Assembly (NCBI RefSeq): GCF_964188315.1
Contig: NC_135668.1
Location: forward strand, 52,700,001 to 52,764,000
From: Podarcis muralis
Taxonomy: Eukaryota
Reading direction: 5' to 3'
Length of the DNA stretch: 64,000 nucleotides
The notes beneath the pieces are model-generated. The model was not told where the DNA came from and searched no databases. It saw nothing but the letters and a program-made list of their open reading frames with translations. Each line of letters starts with the position of its first letter. Position 1 is the stretch's first letter. Of this stretch, positions 37,430 through 50,789 are shown one piece after another. A program made the position numbers and the translations under genes.

Positions 37430-37690
37430 AGAAAACTTACAGCTTTGGACTAAAATGGGCTTCACTAGACAGAGTCTTTATGAAAGTGGGCTCACTACTG
37501 AGCGTGCTCCAGCATGTGCTATAAGAAGTGGAACTTGGTGCACGGAGGGGACTTTCAATAAGCTGTCCACAACAGATCAAGAGTATATTAGTGGCTCATT
37601 ATAGAGACAGACTTTCTAAAGCTCATCTGTTATGACCACAAGATCCTCTGGCTTTAGTTAAGCTTCATGAACCAAAGCTTTGCTTCACAG
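37430..37690 (-). mobile_element. highly decayed L2 ORF2 3' remnant
   Basis: Minus translation SLLKVPSVHQVPL...ARSVVSP resembles L2 LL.VP...V.L....RAFSVVAP. Confidence 0.4.
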
Positions 37691-39112
37691 ATGATTGAAA
37701 GGATTGCTTCCTTTCTTTGCTCCAATATCAAGTTTTATGTGCAGAATTTTCCCCAGTTGGGGCAGGGGAATCAGTGATTCCAGTTCATTTATCAGGCAAA
37801 ACAGTCCCTGAGATGTGGTAGGAGCTTTCAGATTGGCATGTGGTAAAAAGAAAAGTAAGAGTAACCTTAGTATCAACCTCCTTAAACTTCTTGAGTTCCA
37901 AGCTGAACAAGATGCAGGTATTTTTTCTCCTTTGACACAGAGACAAATTAATTCTGTCCAAGAAGTTAAATATAGATAAATTTCAAGGGAAAAGGTACTT
38001 TGAAGCCTGTGAGTACTCAGAAACACATTTAAGATATCACACTAAGCTGGTTCACTAAATCAATGCCTCCCACTGTAGTGATCCCATTCCCTTCCAAGCA
38101 GTCTCTTTGGCTATTAATTCAGATCCTTCAGTGCCAACCTCTTCTCATTCTTCAGTATCAACAACAAAGACTGTGATGGTGAAATTTCATCACTACATTT
38201 CCACCGAGACCAATGTAACTGCTAGTCACTCAGAGAGTTGCAGATAATATTTGTAGGAATAAATGGAAGTCCTCATCCCTAAGCCCAGCACTCCTATTGC
38301 TCTAGTCACAAATACATCATGTACAGTGTGCCAAATGTACAGATTAAAAGGAAAGGGTGGAACCTTTGATGTAAGGAAGCAAAGGTCATTGTGTGGGTTT
38401 CCTGCCCTTTTCTTTATAGATGTGGCCATACCAGTTTCACTTTTAAGAGGGGAAAGCATGTTCCCTCATGTGAATGAAATTGACTAGAAGTAAAACTGTT
38501 TTAAAAGTTATTTAGCCATGAGGCATCACTGCTAGAGAAAGTGGTGCCATTGCTTGTGTTCTGAACTTTTAAAAGGTTGCATATTTTGTGTTTCCTTTTT
38601 TCAGTCAACCACATGGGCTATGAAACTGCATAGAGCTTTACAGGGCCTGCAGCTCCTGCCCTGAGCAGGGGACCCCAGGGTCTCTGGGTGGTTCAGGGAT
38701 GGGACCAATGCTCTTTTTGACCATCATAGGTTGGCCACAGTAAGGGAATTCTATTTACAAATTTGTATTATTTTCTCATCAGAAAGATATTTTATATCAG
38801 ATTTTTATGTTGTCCACCACTAGAAAACTAGAAAAGAAAGAGATGTGATTATTTCTCAGTCAATTTTAGTCTGTACTGGTTTCAAGCATTTCATGACAAG
38901 GCTTCAGGCTCTGTGGCTTGGGGATTTATTAACTGAACATCCCCTGAACTGATGCCTTTGGAAGCCCAGTCCGTCCCCAGTACTGTTGGCCTTTATCTCC
39001 AGGGGTATGGCCCCAGAATGTCTGATGCCTGACCACAGCATGAGTTTACTAAACCAGGTATGGACTGTCAGGTGCCTCTTGGAACACCTGCCTTCATTGC
39101 TGCAATAGTCTT

Positions 39113-39657
39113 TTTTTTTTTTTAATTTATTCAACATTTTTTAAACATTTATCATCCAACGCATAAAATCCCATCCCCGACAATACAATAATCAGACAAA
39201 AAAGAAGAGACAAAAAACAAAGATACAAAAAGGAGAAAAGAAAAAGAAAAAAAAAATAACATCAAGGTCAAATTCTTACTTTCCTCACTTTTGGACTTCC
39301 TCACATCTTTCGTTCCTGCTTTCCAACTTTATAAAGTTCTAGACAGCAAATTATCACCTTGTTTCGATTTCTTATTTGTATTTTTCCCGTATTTATGTCT
39401 CCAAATTTAGTTTTGTTTTCCAAAGTCTTGAAAGCTTAAGCAGGCATAAACTTAACCATATGATTAACTTTTTCTCAAATTTCATCTATTTCTCAAACTC
39501 TTATCATCTAACTTACTGATGCCACATTTATTTCTTACTCTTACATCGTCTTAACATTCATACAATTTACAATGTTTTTGTAGGTAGTCCTTGAATTTCT
39601 TCCAATCCTCTTCCACTGCTTCTTCTCCCAGATCACGGATTTTGCCAGTCATTTCTG
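39113..39657 (-). mobile_element. 5'-truncated L1 LINE with poly(A) tail
   Basis: Minus ORF2 end AEMTGKIRDLGEEAVEEDWKKFKDYLQKHCKLYEC*; poly-T on +; 18-bp TSD cattgctgcaatagtctt at 39095-39112 and 39658-39675. Confidence 0.9.
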
Positions 39658-39887
39658 CATTGCTGCAATAGTCTTGACAACACTTGTTGACTATGTGGCC
39701 CAGAGGGTGACAGATTCTGACTTTGGCTTGTAGACCACTCTCATGAATTAGCTATTGGGTTTCTTTTTTAAAAAAAGTTTTTTAAATTAAAGTTTGAAAA
39801 AAAAATCCATATGCAAAAGTTAACACCCAATAACAAGCTGTTGGGTTTCTAACAATTCTACTCCTGTAAAGATACCATCCGATTCTA

Positions 39888-40186
39888 GGGACGCAGGTGG
39901 CGCTGTGGTCTAAACCATTGAGCCTCTTGGGCTTGCCGGTCAGAAGGTTGGCAGTTCAAATCTGCATGACAGGGTGAGCTCCCATTGCTCTGTCTCAGCT
40001 TCTGCCAACCTAGCAGTTTGAAAGTGTACCAGTGCAAGTAGATAAATAGGTACCACTGTGGCGGGAAGATAAACGGCGTTTCCATGTGCTCTGGCTTCTG
40101 TCACAGTGTCCCATTGCTCCAGAAATGGTTTAGTCATGCTGGCTACATGACCCAGAAAGCTCTCTGTGGACAAACACCAGCTCCCT
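39888..40186 (+). mobile_element. Sauria-type SINE lacking its 3' tail
   Basis: Same head and body as the 2198 and 16553 copies; stops at gctccct. Confidence 0.9.
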
Positions 40187-40199
40187 ATGAAAGGACCAC

Positions 40200-41630
40200 T
40201 GAAAAGATTATTGGGTTCAAATTAGGCCACCTGAGCAAGTTTTGGCTTAGCATTGAGTATCACCCATATCATCCAACCCATCTGCTGGACAATTACCAGA
40301 AGGGTCAAATCTGCAGAAGGGTTGACATATTTCAAATAGGTACAATCCCGACAGGTTCACCACATTGGGGAGTGCTACGGTCCTTGGTTCCCATCTCAGT
40401 GTACAGACAGAAGCACCTTACACCAGGATTTCTTTAATGGGATACCCCACCGCCTTGGAGAGGAAGGCAGAAGCTTATATCTCCTCCTCTGACACAGACT
40501 AAAGATCTTACCCAATGTTGTATCCCCCAAAGTTGTAATGATTGCTGTGAGGTAGGCAATAACCCCTAGATGGGCCCAATTAGCCAGAGGGCAAAATTCT
40601 TCCCTGTCCTTCAATCTGGCGACCGAAGTGATTCATAGCAAGGTTGAATAAGATATAACACACAAGTGAAAGATTGCAACAATGAATTAAGGGAGAGAGA
40701 TCTGAAAGGCAACGGTGGTGTCGGTCAAGGAGGCAGGCTTGATTTTAAGTCTGTGGAGCAGGCCTGGATGAAGATTCCTTCAGGATTCCTAGTCAGCTCT
40801 GCCCTATCAAGGTCCCACTTCCGGGCCTATCTGGCATTGGCCCAGCACGGAGAGGCCAGATGATGGCAATGGGACTGTGTCGGGCTGCAACTGTCACACC
40901 ATTTATAGGTAAGTGAGCAGAGATTTCTTTGTGCCAAATTATAGAATCAGTGCCTAGAAAGCTTCTCAGCATGGACAGTCTTGATACCAAGCAACACCCT
41001 TGTTATTTAGAGAGCTTCTTGGCTTCAAGCTCTAGCCTTATTAACCAGAGTACCGCAGGCTCAGTACCAAGGGGTTTCTCAGTGCAGATGGCATTGATAC
41101 AAAGTCACAGAATCAGAAACCACATGCCTTCTCATCAGCAGCATTTGAGCACTCTGATGACACTGACTTCCTTTATTCTTGATTTCAAATGCTACTTAGA
41201 GCCCATGTTCATGCTTTCCCAAAAACTAAACTACACGGCATTGGCCTTCAGTAAAAGCAAAATCTTAGCTACTAGCATCCAGATTTATACCCTAATGGAA
41301 AGAATATCAGGAGATGGACCTTCTGAGCAGAGAAATGTTATGACGGGGAAACCCAAATATGAATTGTGGAACAGAATCTGCAGTCAACTTCAGTCATTCC
41401 CTTTCACACAACAAACAAGGTTCTGAATGAAGGGAAATTTCTGGCATGCCCTCAACCCTGATGCTACTTTTAACATAAAGGCCATCAAGGACTCTAGCTC
41501 TGACAAAGTTGTTCTTATTCTTGCTAGTATTGCTTGCTGCTTTCTAATCCTCATCATTAGGGGCCATGACAGTGCTCGTAAAGAAGAACAACTAGTTTGT
41601 ACTTTGTAAAGAGACTCCCTGATGACTTTG
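40200..41630 (-). mobile_element. decayed LINE ORF2 (RT core to C-terminus; clade uncertain)
   Basis: Frameshifted motifs VLLY..TVMA (LLYADD-like), LYVKSSI (NYSKSKI-like), SYLGF (KYLG-like), then AYLTAI..IFSL..LLPS..GIP..WCK. Confidence 0.6.
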
Positions 41631-43759
41631 ACAACATACTCCTAGTTCAGGCCTAGATACTGAGTTGGAAGAACTAAGGGTTGCAGGGGCTGTGCTGCTT
41701 TTTCATACTATTATTGTCAAAACATGTACTTTGAATTCACACAGTTCTCTTCTCTTTGCTGATAATTGCTAGCAAGATTTCTGGACTTGGCTTACACAGT
41801 GACAGTGAAGACTGTGAAATGGAACTCCCTTCCTAGGGAAATTTTAACAGTCTCTTCTGCTTTCTGGAGTTAGGTAGACACTTTATAACTTTACTTGGCC
41901 TTTGGAAATGCAGTAAGACCTGCACTAACAGTTGAAACTTTCATACTCTCCCTAGTATTTCCCTTGAGCTGCTGTCAGTCTCCTCTGCAAGCAATTTAGC
42001 ATGATGAGAGGTCCTATCTCCTAGGCTGCTGAAGCTTCTTGGAGATATGCAGCAGAAGTTGTGAACTTTATTGTTTGTTAGATTTAGTTTTGCTCTGTAC
42101 TTGTGTATTTAGATTATTTGTTTAGTAAATTTGAATTTACCAAGGGCTGTCCCTGTGTAGACTGCTCATCAAATGCTCCTACCTACCACTCCATTGTCAA
42201 CCCTCTCCCTTTACATTTCACCCAAAGAGACTCTGGTAGAGTGAGAAAATATTAGTTCGCTGCATGGAGGTAGTTTCTGAATTCATTGGCTTGTGGCCTA
42301 TGAAAACAATGTTCCTTTTTCATTAGGGATGTATTTAATATGTGCTTGAACGATTAAAGAGCATTATCATTCTATATGCATTTTAAATATATATTTGAAT
42401 AAGGACAATTGTGGTATTACAGCCTGTGATTACATTTAAATTCTGGCCCTACACTTTTGGAGGACAAATTGGAGGCTAATGGAGTGTCAGTTGTTTCCTC
42501 CCTGTGCAGGTCATTGCTGAAAGATAAAACATCACAGGCATTTTTCTTCTTGGTGCCATGGATGATCTTTGAGCAATTCTGCATCCAGTAAACATACTTC
42601 TGTACTTCTTATGAACTAGTCCCTGTAGATGTTGTGTGGAAAACCCCACATCAGCAGTTGCAGATCCTCTTGCAAACATAAAAAGGTAAAAATGCTGTGG
42701 CTGAAGGCTGTAGCTTGAGGCGATAATAGCAGAGTTGGTATGTTTTAATTGTGCTGATTCGGCAGGAACCAAACAACTTCAGTTTATTGATTAAGTAAGC
42801 CTGTTTTAAAGACCCAGGTTTAAGGAACATAGTCTTGTTTGTTTTTAAAAAAGCAGGGATCTGTTTTCATTGGCAACTTACAAAGGACGTTTATCATCCA
42901 AAGCACACTCAGCATAGCAGTTGTGTTTTACATTTTTTAAAATTGTGACATTCTTTAGAAACACCATCTGCAAAATATTTCTGTATGTAGATCATGTATG
43001 AATTGATTAAATCATTATATAGTATTTAAGGTCCTAGTATATGGGTAGCTATTTAGACACCTAAGTCAACCAAAAAATAAAAAGCATGTTTTTACTTGGC
43101 ATTACATTTCTAAACCATGGACTCCAAAATGAGAGTACAGTAATTCATTCCAGAGTGTTCAGCAAGGAGGAAAACAATTTTAAACAGTTAATTCAAAGTA
43201 CAAGTTAGAGGAGATACGGGGGGGAGGGGGGATTGGGTGCAATTTATCTGGTGATTTAACATCTGCCTGATAGCCAAAAAGTCATTTGAAAACAGTAGGA
43301 ATTCTCTTAAAAAGAAGACTACAACAGAGTAGAAAACTGTAATTCTTTTGTAAAAATAATAGTTCATGTCACTTGAAAACACAACCATAGTAAAATTTGG
43401 CATGGCTGTTGCAGCACCATAGCAACCTCCGCTGGCTCCTGGGTTGGACCAAAGTTGCTGAGCCTTTTTTAGGAAATCAAAATTGATGAGCTTTTTTTTT
43501 TTTAAGAGCGCCTGCCAATTCACTGATAATGAATATTTCTCAAGACTCTTTTTTCAATTGTTTCTTAGGTTCACTTTGTGGTTTTAAGTAGATGTTTAAT
43601 AAGCTGTAGGAATGCATTAAGATTGTGTTCACAGTCATAAAGGCACACTCATCAGAGAGCTGGGATGGGTTGTGGCTGTTAAATGTACACTTGGTGGCAA
43701 ACCTGGACTTCTGTTGTATGACACCGCTCACTTAGGCTGTAGCAGTGAGTGACTGATCC

Positions 43760-44150
43760 TGGTTCATTACAGCTCCTTTTTGGGCAATGTGTTTGGGAAG
43801 GTAGTAGTGGTCCAACTTCACACATGCTTGGAGGAAGCTGATTACTTGGATCCATCCCAGTCTGGTTTCAAGCCTGGCCATGGCACTGAAACTGCTTTGA
43901 TTGCCTGTGGTTGATAGCATTTATTGGGAGAGAGTGAGCCTGCTTGTTTTCCTTGATCTCTCATGGGCTTTTGATACCACAGAGGCGTCTCAGCTAGGTG
44001 GGGGTTGTGCGCACTGTAATTCAGTGGTTCCACTCCTACCTCTTGGTCTGTTTCCAGAAAATAAGCATGGGAGGTTACTGTTCAGCACCATGTGAGCTGT
44101 CCTGTGTATCCCACAGGATTCCATCTTGTACTCAAGGGTGATCCAGCCAT
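43760..44150 (+). mobile_element. L2 reverse transcriptase fragment
   Basis: PFLGNVFGKVV..QLHTCLEEADYLDPSQSGFKPGHGTETALIA..LLVFLDLSWAFDT. Confidence 0.85.
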
Positions 44151-47100
44151 TCACACTGCAAGACACAGAACACGTGGGCCACAAACTAAATTAAATTTCT
44201 ATATCATAAATTAAGGAGTTATTCTTTAATATACACAATTAATATAGTTAATTGAGAATACACACACAATTAATAGTTTTAATATTTTTATTTATTAAAC
44301 AAAATTTAATACACAGACAGATATATGGGGTAGTTTGTCCACTTTTGGTCCACACCTTGCACTCAGCTCTCACCTGTGGCTCCTAGAAGCTGCCAGCATG
44401 TGGCAGCAGCCACAACTCAGGAAATGTGAGTTTGACTCATTTTTGCAGAGGTTTGATTTGGTACAAGCCCAGTTGCTATCCTTAGGATAGCAAGACTGTT
44501 TTGGTTAAAAAGAAGAGTGATTTGTGAACTTCCTTTGGAAGGAAAAGTCCCACCTCCTCCACTGCCTAAAGCTTTTGGGGGAAAGCTGGGACACATGATA
44601 GACACAACATCATTTTGAACTAAATGTGCATACATTTTTTTATCCTTATTATTAAAAATAGAATTACAATGCTACTGTGGCTGTCAATTGCTTGGCAGGT
44701 ATTGGTTTCCAGGGCAAGCACTGGTTGGAGTGCTGGTGCATGTGGACTTTGAGAGACAGCTATGAACTGCCTGCCAATTAGTGTACCCTAAGAAAACTAT
44801 TTTTGGGGGAACTTCAATATAGAGAGCTGTAAAACAGAATATTGTAGTATGTAGTATACTATAGCCAGACTGCAACATCTAATGATATCCTTCTCTGTCT
44901 TTCCTTTGAACATCAGGGTTCCTCCCCTTCCATATGCTGCATCACAAAAGGCTTTTTAAAATCCTCACACTTTCAAGAGCAGTTTGCATGCAAAATAGGT
45001 AAGGCTTGAGAAATACAATTCAAAAGCCATCAGGTACATGAAGGTAGTTGGGTGGGTCTTTGGAACTTGGCCTGTATGGATCATGATATAATCTCTGTTT
45101 GTAGCATCACATACACCGCTTCCTCTTAAAATCATGTTGATGTAAACTGTTTGTGAGGCAGATGATGCAAAACCCTATTCTGTAACCGAAATGATGCTGG
45201 TTGTGCTCTTTGTAGTAAGAACACAGAAACTGTGTAGTATATTAAAACAAAGCCTTGGGTACAAGGTTCTTTGGGGTGGTATAGATGGTGGAACAATATA
45301 TTATGATATACAATCTTTTGAGTAGAATTTCCTCCAGTGTGCATTAGATAGTGAGCAATCTGCTGAGCTTAGGTTTTTTTAGCTGCTTTTAATGATAATT
45401 TAGCACATTAGCTTTTATAACAGATGTAGAATGCTATATTGTTCTGTTGCTAGTATTTTATATTGGTAGAAGCATATACACAAAAATCTAATTGCTCACT
45501 CCAAAAGGAATTTTGCCATCCATTGCAAATCATAATGGAGGTAGATGGTGTTCTATTACTTTTCTAGTAAAGCATTTCATCGTTCATACTTCTGCAGCCT
45601 GCAATTCTCAGCTTATCGTTACTGCTTGTAAATATTCAATTCTACAGAATGCTAGATAAAACCTTCAGAGCTTGGGGATATTCATATATCAATTTGTCTA
45701 TCAACTCTTCAGTAACTAAATTGGGATACAAATCGGTTCAGTATATGAACAGATTGAAGAGGTCTGGTTTTTCTTCTTCTTCACTTCTTCTTAAATTCAA
45801 GCCCACATTTATTATCCAATAAAGTGTTCTAATATTACTTTATGTAACTGTGTAGGGGTAAAATTGGTTTTGTCTAAGGAATATTACTTTCTGTTGGAAA
45901 AAGGTATGCTCATTTTTCCCAGACAAAAGAAGTCTGGCCATCATAAGTGTTTGTTACAAGTGAAGATAGCTCCTGTGGTGACAGCAAGTGACAGACTTAA
46001 TAACACTCCTGACTTTAAAGTTACCATTTTTACTTGGTATAGCTCAAGCTTTTGAAAAGTGACAAAGCTCTGGCTCTTTCCTTGATGTAATTTTCAAGAG
46101 GAACCTTGACTGCAACCTGTAGTTTGAAAGTTATGCCTCTTTCTTTGTTAGAAATAGATCAGTAGGTTGCAAATGCACACAAATTTTTCTTTTGCTTTGT
46201 GCACACTAGTCAAATTACTATCTGAGGGGTAAACCGATTTAGCAGGTGAAGAACATACTATTGTTAATAGGGATGTTTATGTCCCAGTAATGCTTTGAAG
46301 GACTTGAAAAGCATAGTTTGTTAATAGGGAAAATATGCCTTGTGGGCAGAATTCTATTGGTTCTAAAGTTTTGTGCTCTATTGGATACACCAAGAGAACC
46401 AAACAAAAGTATTTCTCCTTGTTATATAAAGCAATCCTTTGAGAAACTGGCTTTTTAAAATATTGCAGAGACACCGGATACCTGTGTTTTCTTAACAATG
46501 GTCAGGTTCCAAAGAGTCCTTTAGATCAGGAATGGACAGAAGGTTGATCTGAATTCTTAGGCGTCCTGACCCCATGGGATAGATGGTACAAGAAGACTTG
46601 GCCAGTTTGGTCCTGCAGAAATCTCCCACCATTGATCTGTTTATTTTAGTCACTGCATATTTGCCTATATGGTTTCTTTACATTCCATAGAGTGCAATGA
46701 GGGAAATTGCTCACTCAGATCAGAAGACGGTTCAGCTGACTGTGCAAGAATACCAAAATATTGACCAAAGTATCACTAAAGCCATTGTAACAATACTGGA
46801 ACCCTAAGAGTGTATTCCTTGAGCAGTAGAACAAGAACTTATGAACTGTGATATAGCAATACATTTTGCATATAACCAGGGGTTTGGTTGTATAACTGGT
46901 TTGGGTGCATATTTCACATATTCATTTGTTTCCAATATACAATACTATTTTCAAGTGAGATGAGATATTTTTTAAAAGAGTCTTCTAGGGGAGCAAGTCT
47001 ATTACGCTAATAAAAATGATACTGTGCAAACCTATTAATAAGACGTCATTAGCCACATTCTACATCTGATTGCTTGTTTTATGCAAAATCTTTCCAGATT

Positions 47101-47715
47101 TTCAACAAAGCAGCAGATGACAAAATTGTTCCCAAATGGTTCTAGAGACTCTGGTACTAAAATACTGTATGGGGCTATGTCTTTACAATTACCATTTAAA
47201 TAGGAAATTCTGATCCAGGGCATGGTATTTATTCAGAACCTCATTTAACAGGGCAACCCCTTTGGTGAAAAATTGTTTTCATGCAAAATGCTTGTTCATG
47301 CTATTTTTCTTAAGGTGACATTCATCTAGGAAAAGATGGCTGTAACTTATGCAAGAGTCAGTCAAAGTCCCAATAAGTGATTTATTTGAAAAGACATAGA
47401 TTTAAGAAAACTGAAGGTCTATTTCTTTCTTTCTTTCTTTCTTTTTTGACTAGGTGTCAGTATTCTAAGTAATGCGAAATAGAATTGGAGTTATTTATTT
47501 ATTTTATTTACATAATTTATATTTTGTACCTTCAACATAGATTTATATTCTCAGGGCAGCTAACAGTCTTCTAAGAAACAAAGAATACAAATAAAAATAA
47601 CCACATAGTAATAACTAATAATAATAATATTAAAGCATACAAATTAATACAGCAAATTAAACTAAACAGGCAATTTAAACAGATGATAAAATAAAACTAA
47701 AAGATAGTTCTAAAG

Positions 47716-48034
47716 CACGGGTGTCAAACACAAGGCCCGCGGGCCGAATCCTGCCCGCCAGACCTCGTCATGTGGCCCGTGTAGCCGCCACCGGCTGCCA
47801 GCATTCACCTTTTATTCTCACTTTTTTTTTTGACACAAGAAAGCCGCCTCTTCAGCGCATGCGCGGCAGCCTACAAGCCAGAGAACGTCTGCCCTCTAGC
47901 GGCGCCGGCCGTTCTACACAGGAAACCTCCACTTTACATGCATTCAGGAAACCTCCACTTGTTTTTATATTGAGCGCATGAGGGTGACCAAACTGCTGAT
48001 GCGGCCCCCGATGAATTTGAGTTTGACACCCCTG
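47716..48034. mobile_element. young hAT (Charlie-like) MITE
   Basis: TIRs cacgggtgtcaaac / gtttgacacccctg; perfect 8-bp TSD ttctaaag at 47708-47715 and 48035-48042. Confidence 0.95.
47855..47903. promoter_or_regulatory. NRF1-type motif GCGCATGCGC (47855-47864) and CTCF-type core GCCGCTAGAGGGCAG (minus strand, 47889-47903)
   Basis: Direct motif matches; binding is not demonstrated. Confidence 0.5.
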
Positions 48035-49842
48035 TTCTAAAGAATGCTTACATTAGCTTAAATAGGATGACAATTGTGCTACGTCTTAGTATGTCCCACT
48101 AAGGTCAGTGATGGGAAAATGTATTGTTTGCTACACAATCTGGCAGTGCAATGCCATGTTTGTATTCTAATAGATTTTTCATTAATTTTCATTAGTTGCT
48201 GAGTCTTACTGATATCGTTACTGTTCATTTAAAGTAGTATAATTGTAGATATTAAAATGCTGGTGCTATATATTTTATCACTGGTTTTGTACTCAGTACT
48301 CAGCCTTGTGAGGGCATTTGTCTTGAAAGGTGAGGTATAAATCTTTTAATATGCACATAAATAAATGTGACCCATAGGCTACAAAACATAGCAGCAGCCA
48401 GGGAGTGGAGAGAAGTGTCAGCTTGAGGCTGATTATTACTGTTGTGCCGCTATAATCTCTTGATTGTTGCCCCTCTCTTAAAACCCCCCAAACAGTAATG
48501 CAAAATCAAATCCCTGACCAATCAAGATATTTAATGACAGTTAAACTGTTATCATGAAGCTCCTGATTCACATGATATGGTAAGCCCCAAACGATGGCTT
48601 AGTGGAAGCACACAAATGTGCATGTTCCTAGAGAGGCACTTGCGGCTGCTTTCCTCCTCCATGACCCTCTTCTTTCTGTCCCTCACTGAGCTAAACCAAG
48701 GCTTGGTACATCATGCCATCCACCCTGGGCCCTTCTTCATCATCCAAGAGTTTGTTCTTGTTTACAGCTAGTGTTAGAGAGGTGCTTGACCGCAAGCCCA
48801 GGATCAGAGAACAAATTAAGTCAAACCTTGGCTTAGATCAGCGAGTCACAGGAATAAAAAATAATAATAATAAATGACTGGGGAGCAACAGAGTGGCTGA
48901 AGGTTCCCTTGTGTGTAGAAAATTACCCAGTAGCTCTAAACTTAAATCTATGAACAGCAAAGGGAAATGTCCCTAATTTACAAGAAAGCACAAAACAACT
49001 CTATTTACTTGCTATTTATATGGTGAGCTGTGAGTAGAACACTTTTGGGATAGAAGGAAATGATAGAATATGCAATGATATATTTCTCTTAGCTTTTATT
49101 GAATGGAGGAGTTCTTATGTGAGCCCTTCTATATCAATCTTACATATAAAATACTTGATTGTCCAATTACTGCATTTGTGTTTTTCTGTCATTAGCTATA
49201 TACTTTTATCCAGTGAACAAGTCAGTCATTAAGCAGCAGGTAGCAAAAATGATCAATTACTGGTACATGTAATTTGGGAAGACATTTGTGTGAGTGACAT
49301 CTTTTGGGTGATGTGACATGAAGCAGTAAGATAGATGCTCAGTCAATATGGTTATGAACTTATTGATCCAGGCTCCTGAACTACACCCTTATTTTAAGCA
49401 TCTTTACTTAAGAAATACTAGCATCTGTTCCTTAACTACAGTAAGAGCCAATTCATTTTCTTCTTCCTTTGTGAAGTGATTCTAATGATAGTTTCTTTAT
49501 ACCTCACTACTTCATGTCATTCAACCAGAACAGTGTACAACAATTTACTTACGCTTCCTATTTGACAATAATGGTGTATACTGAACAAATTAGCGTTGGC
49601 CATTGTATATTATAATGCAGACATGTGCATTATATTAGACCTGAGCTGCAGCCATAGAGTTGTAGAATTGGAAGGGACCCTGAGGGTCAATGAAATGTTA
49701 CCTCTCACTCCCAAAAAGACACCAATGGACTCCTTTCAACAAATCAAACACCAGTTAAATCCAATGAACTCAGCACAGGGTTTGTAATTTGTGACTCTTT
49801 ATATATTTATTGGTCATGTCTGAAAAATGTCCAGCACCAATA

Positions 49843-50203
49843 CCATATTGGCCCAAATATAAGCCACACTCGAATATAAGCCACACCTTTAAAATTGGAG
49901 GGGGGGAAAAGAAAAAATACCTGAATATAAGCTGCTCCATTTCTCACTGCTCCTGGTTGCATACTGGGCAGGGGGAGGGGAGCTATGCTGCGTTTACCCT
50001 TCCTTGCTCTTTCCCTTCCTGGCCTTGGGGGAGAGGATGGGGGACTACGCATGGGGCAGGTGTCGCTTTGCTATGCTCCTGGTGCTGTTTGCCCTGGGTG
50101 CCTGGCTGCATACCGTAAGGTCACAAATATAAGCCGTACTTTAACTTTTCATGGTCAGAATTTGGGGGGGGGGAAAGTGAGGCTTATATTCAAGCCAATA
50201 TGG
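49843..50203. mobile_element. TcMar-Tc2-like MITE
   Basis: TIRs ccatattggcccaaatataagcc / ggcttatattcaagccaatatgg with TA TSD; internal aatataagcc repeats. Confidence 0.85.
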
Positions 50204-50579
50204 TATGTTTTATGAAGACTAATATTAGTCTCATATTTTCAGTTTGCAGGAGTTTGGTTAGCAAAACCCTCCCATGTACCTTAGTAAAAATGTCAGTAAT
50301 AACAATTTCTAACTAGTAGGTTCAGTTTTAACATGCAACTTAAAAATGGAAGTTGTTCACACTCGCATGTAGGAAGGAGAAAAAATTGATTTGTAACATT
50401 GAAGAGAGGCAACCCGGTTGGTGCTTATCACAGACACAATCTGCCATACTTACATTATGCAAATTTGAGCAATTTGGTAGTTATAGTGAAATGACATACA
50501 CACAACTAACGAGGAAACTCCTTGTCATAGTTACCACAAAGCCTCCCTCATAGGCATTGTATTCCTGTTGAAGCAACTG

Positions 50580-50657
50580 AGCAATCCTATACCCACTTCC
50601 CTAGAAGTCTCACTGAACTCAGTGATACTTCTGAGTTAGCTATGCGTAGGATTGTGC
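50580..50657. mobile_element. short palindromic MITE (related copies near 25856, 58180, 58745)
   Basis: Ends gcaatcctat...taggattgtgc; internal agaagtctcactgaactcagtg. Confidence 0.55.
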
Positions 50658-50789
50658 CATAATTCTCTCTACAGACTTTGAACACTATTGATACAGTACT
50701 TGTTCTACACGTCCTCTGTCCATTTAATTTACAAGAATTTCTTCATCTCTTGGACTTATCTAAAGTCATTGAAGGCATAAACCTTCACA

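Noticed and set aside
37685-38026. 113-aa minus-strand ORF with a protein-like + strand frame
   Set aside because: It is adjacent to a decayed L2 remnant and most likely retroelement debris.
42476-42772. 98-aa minus-strand ORF
   Set aside because: No recognisable domain or supporting splice signals; the length is within chance expectation.
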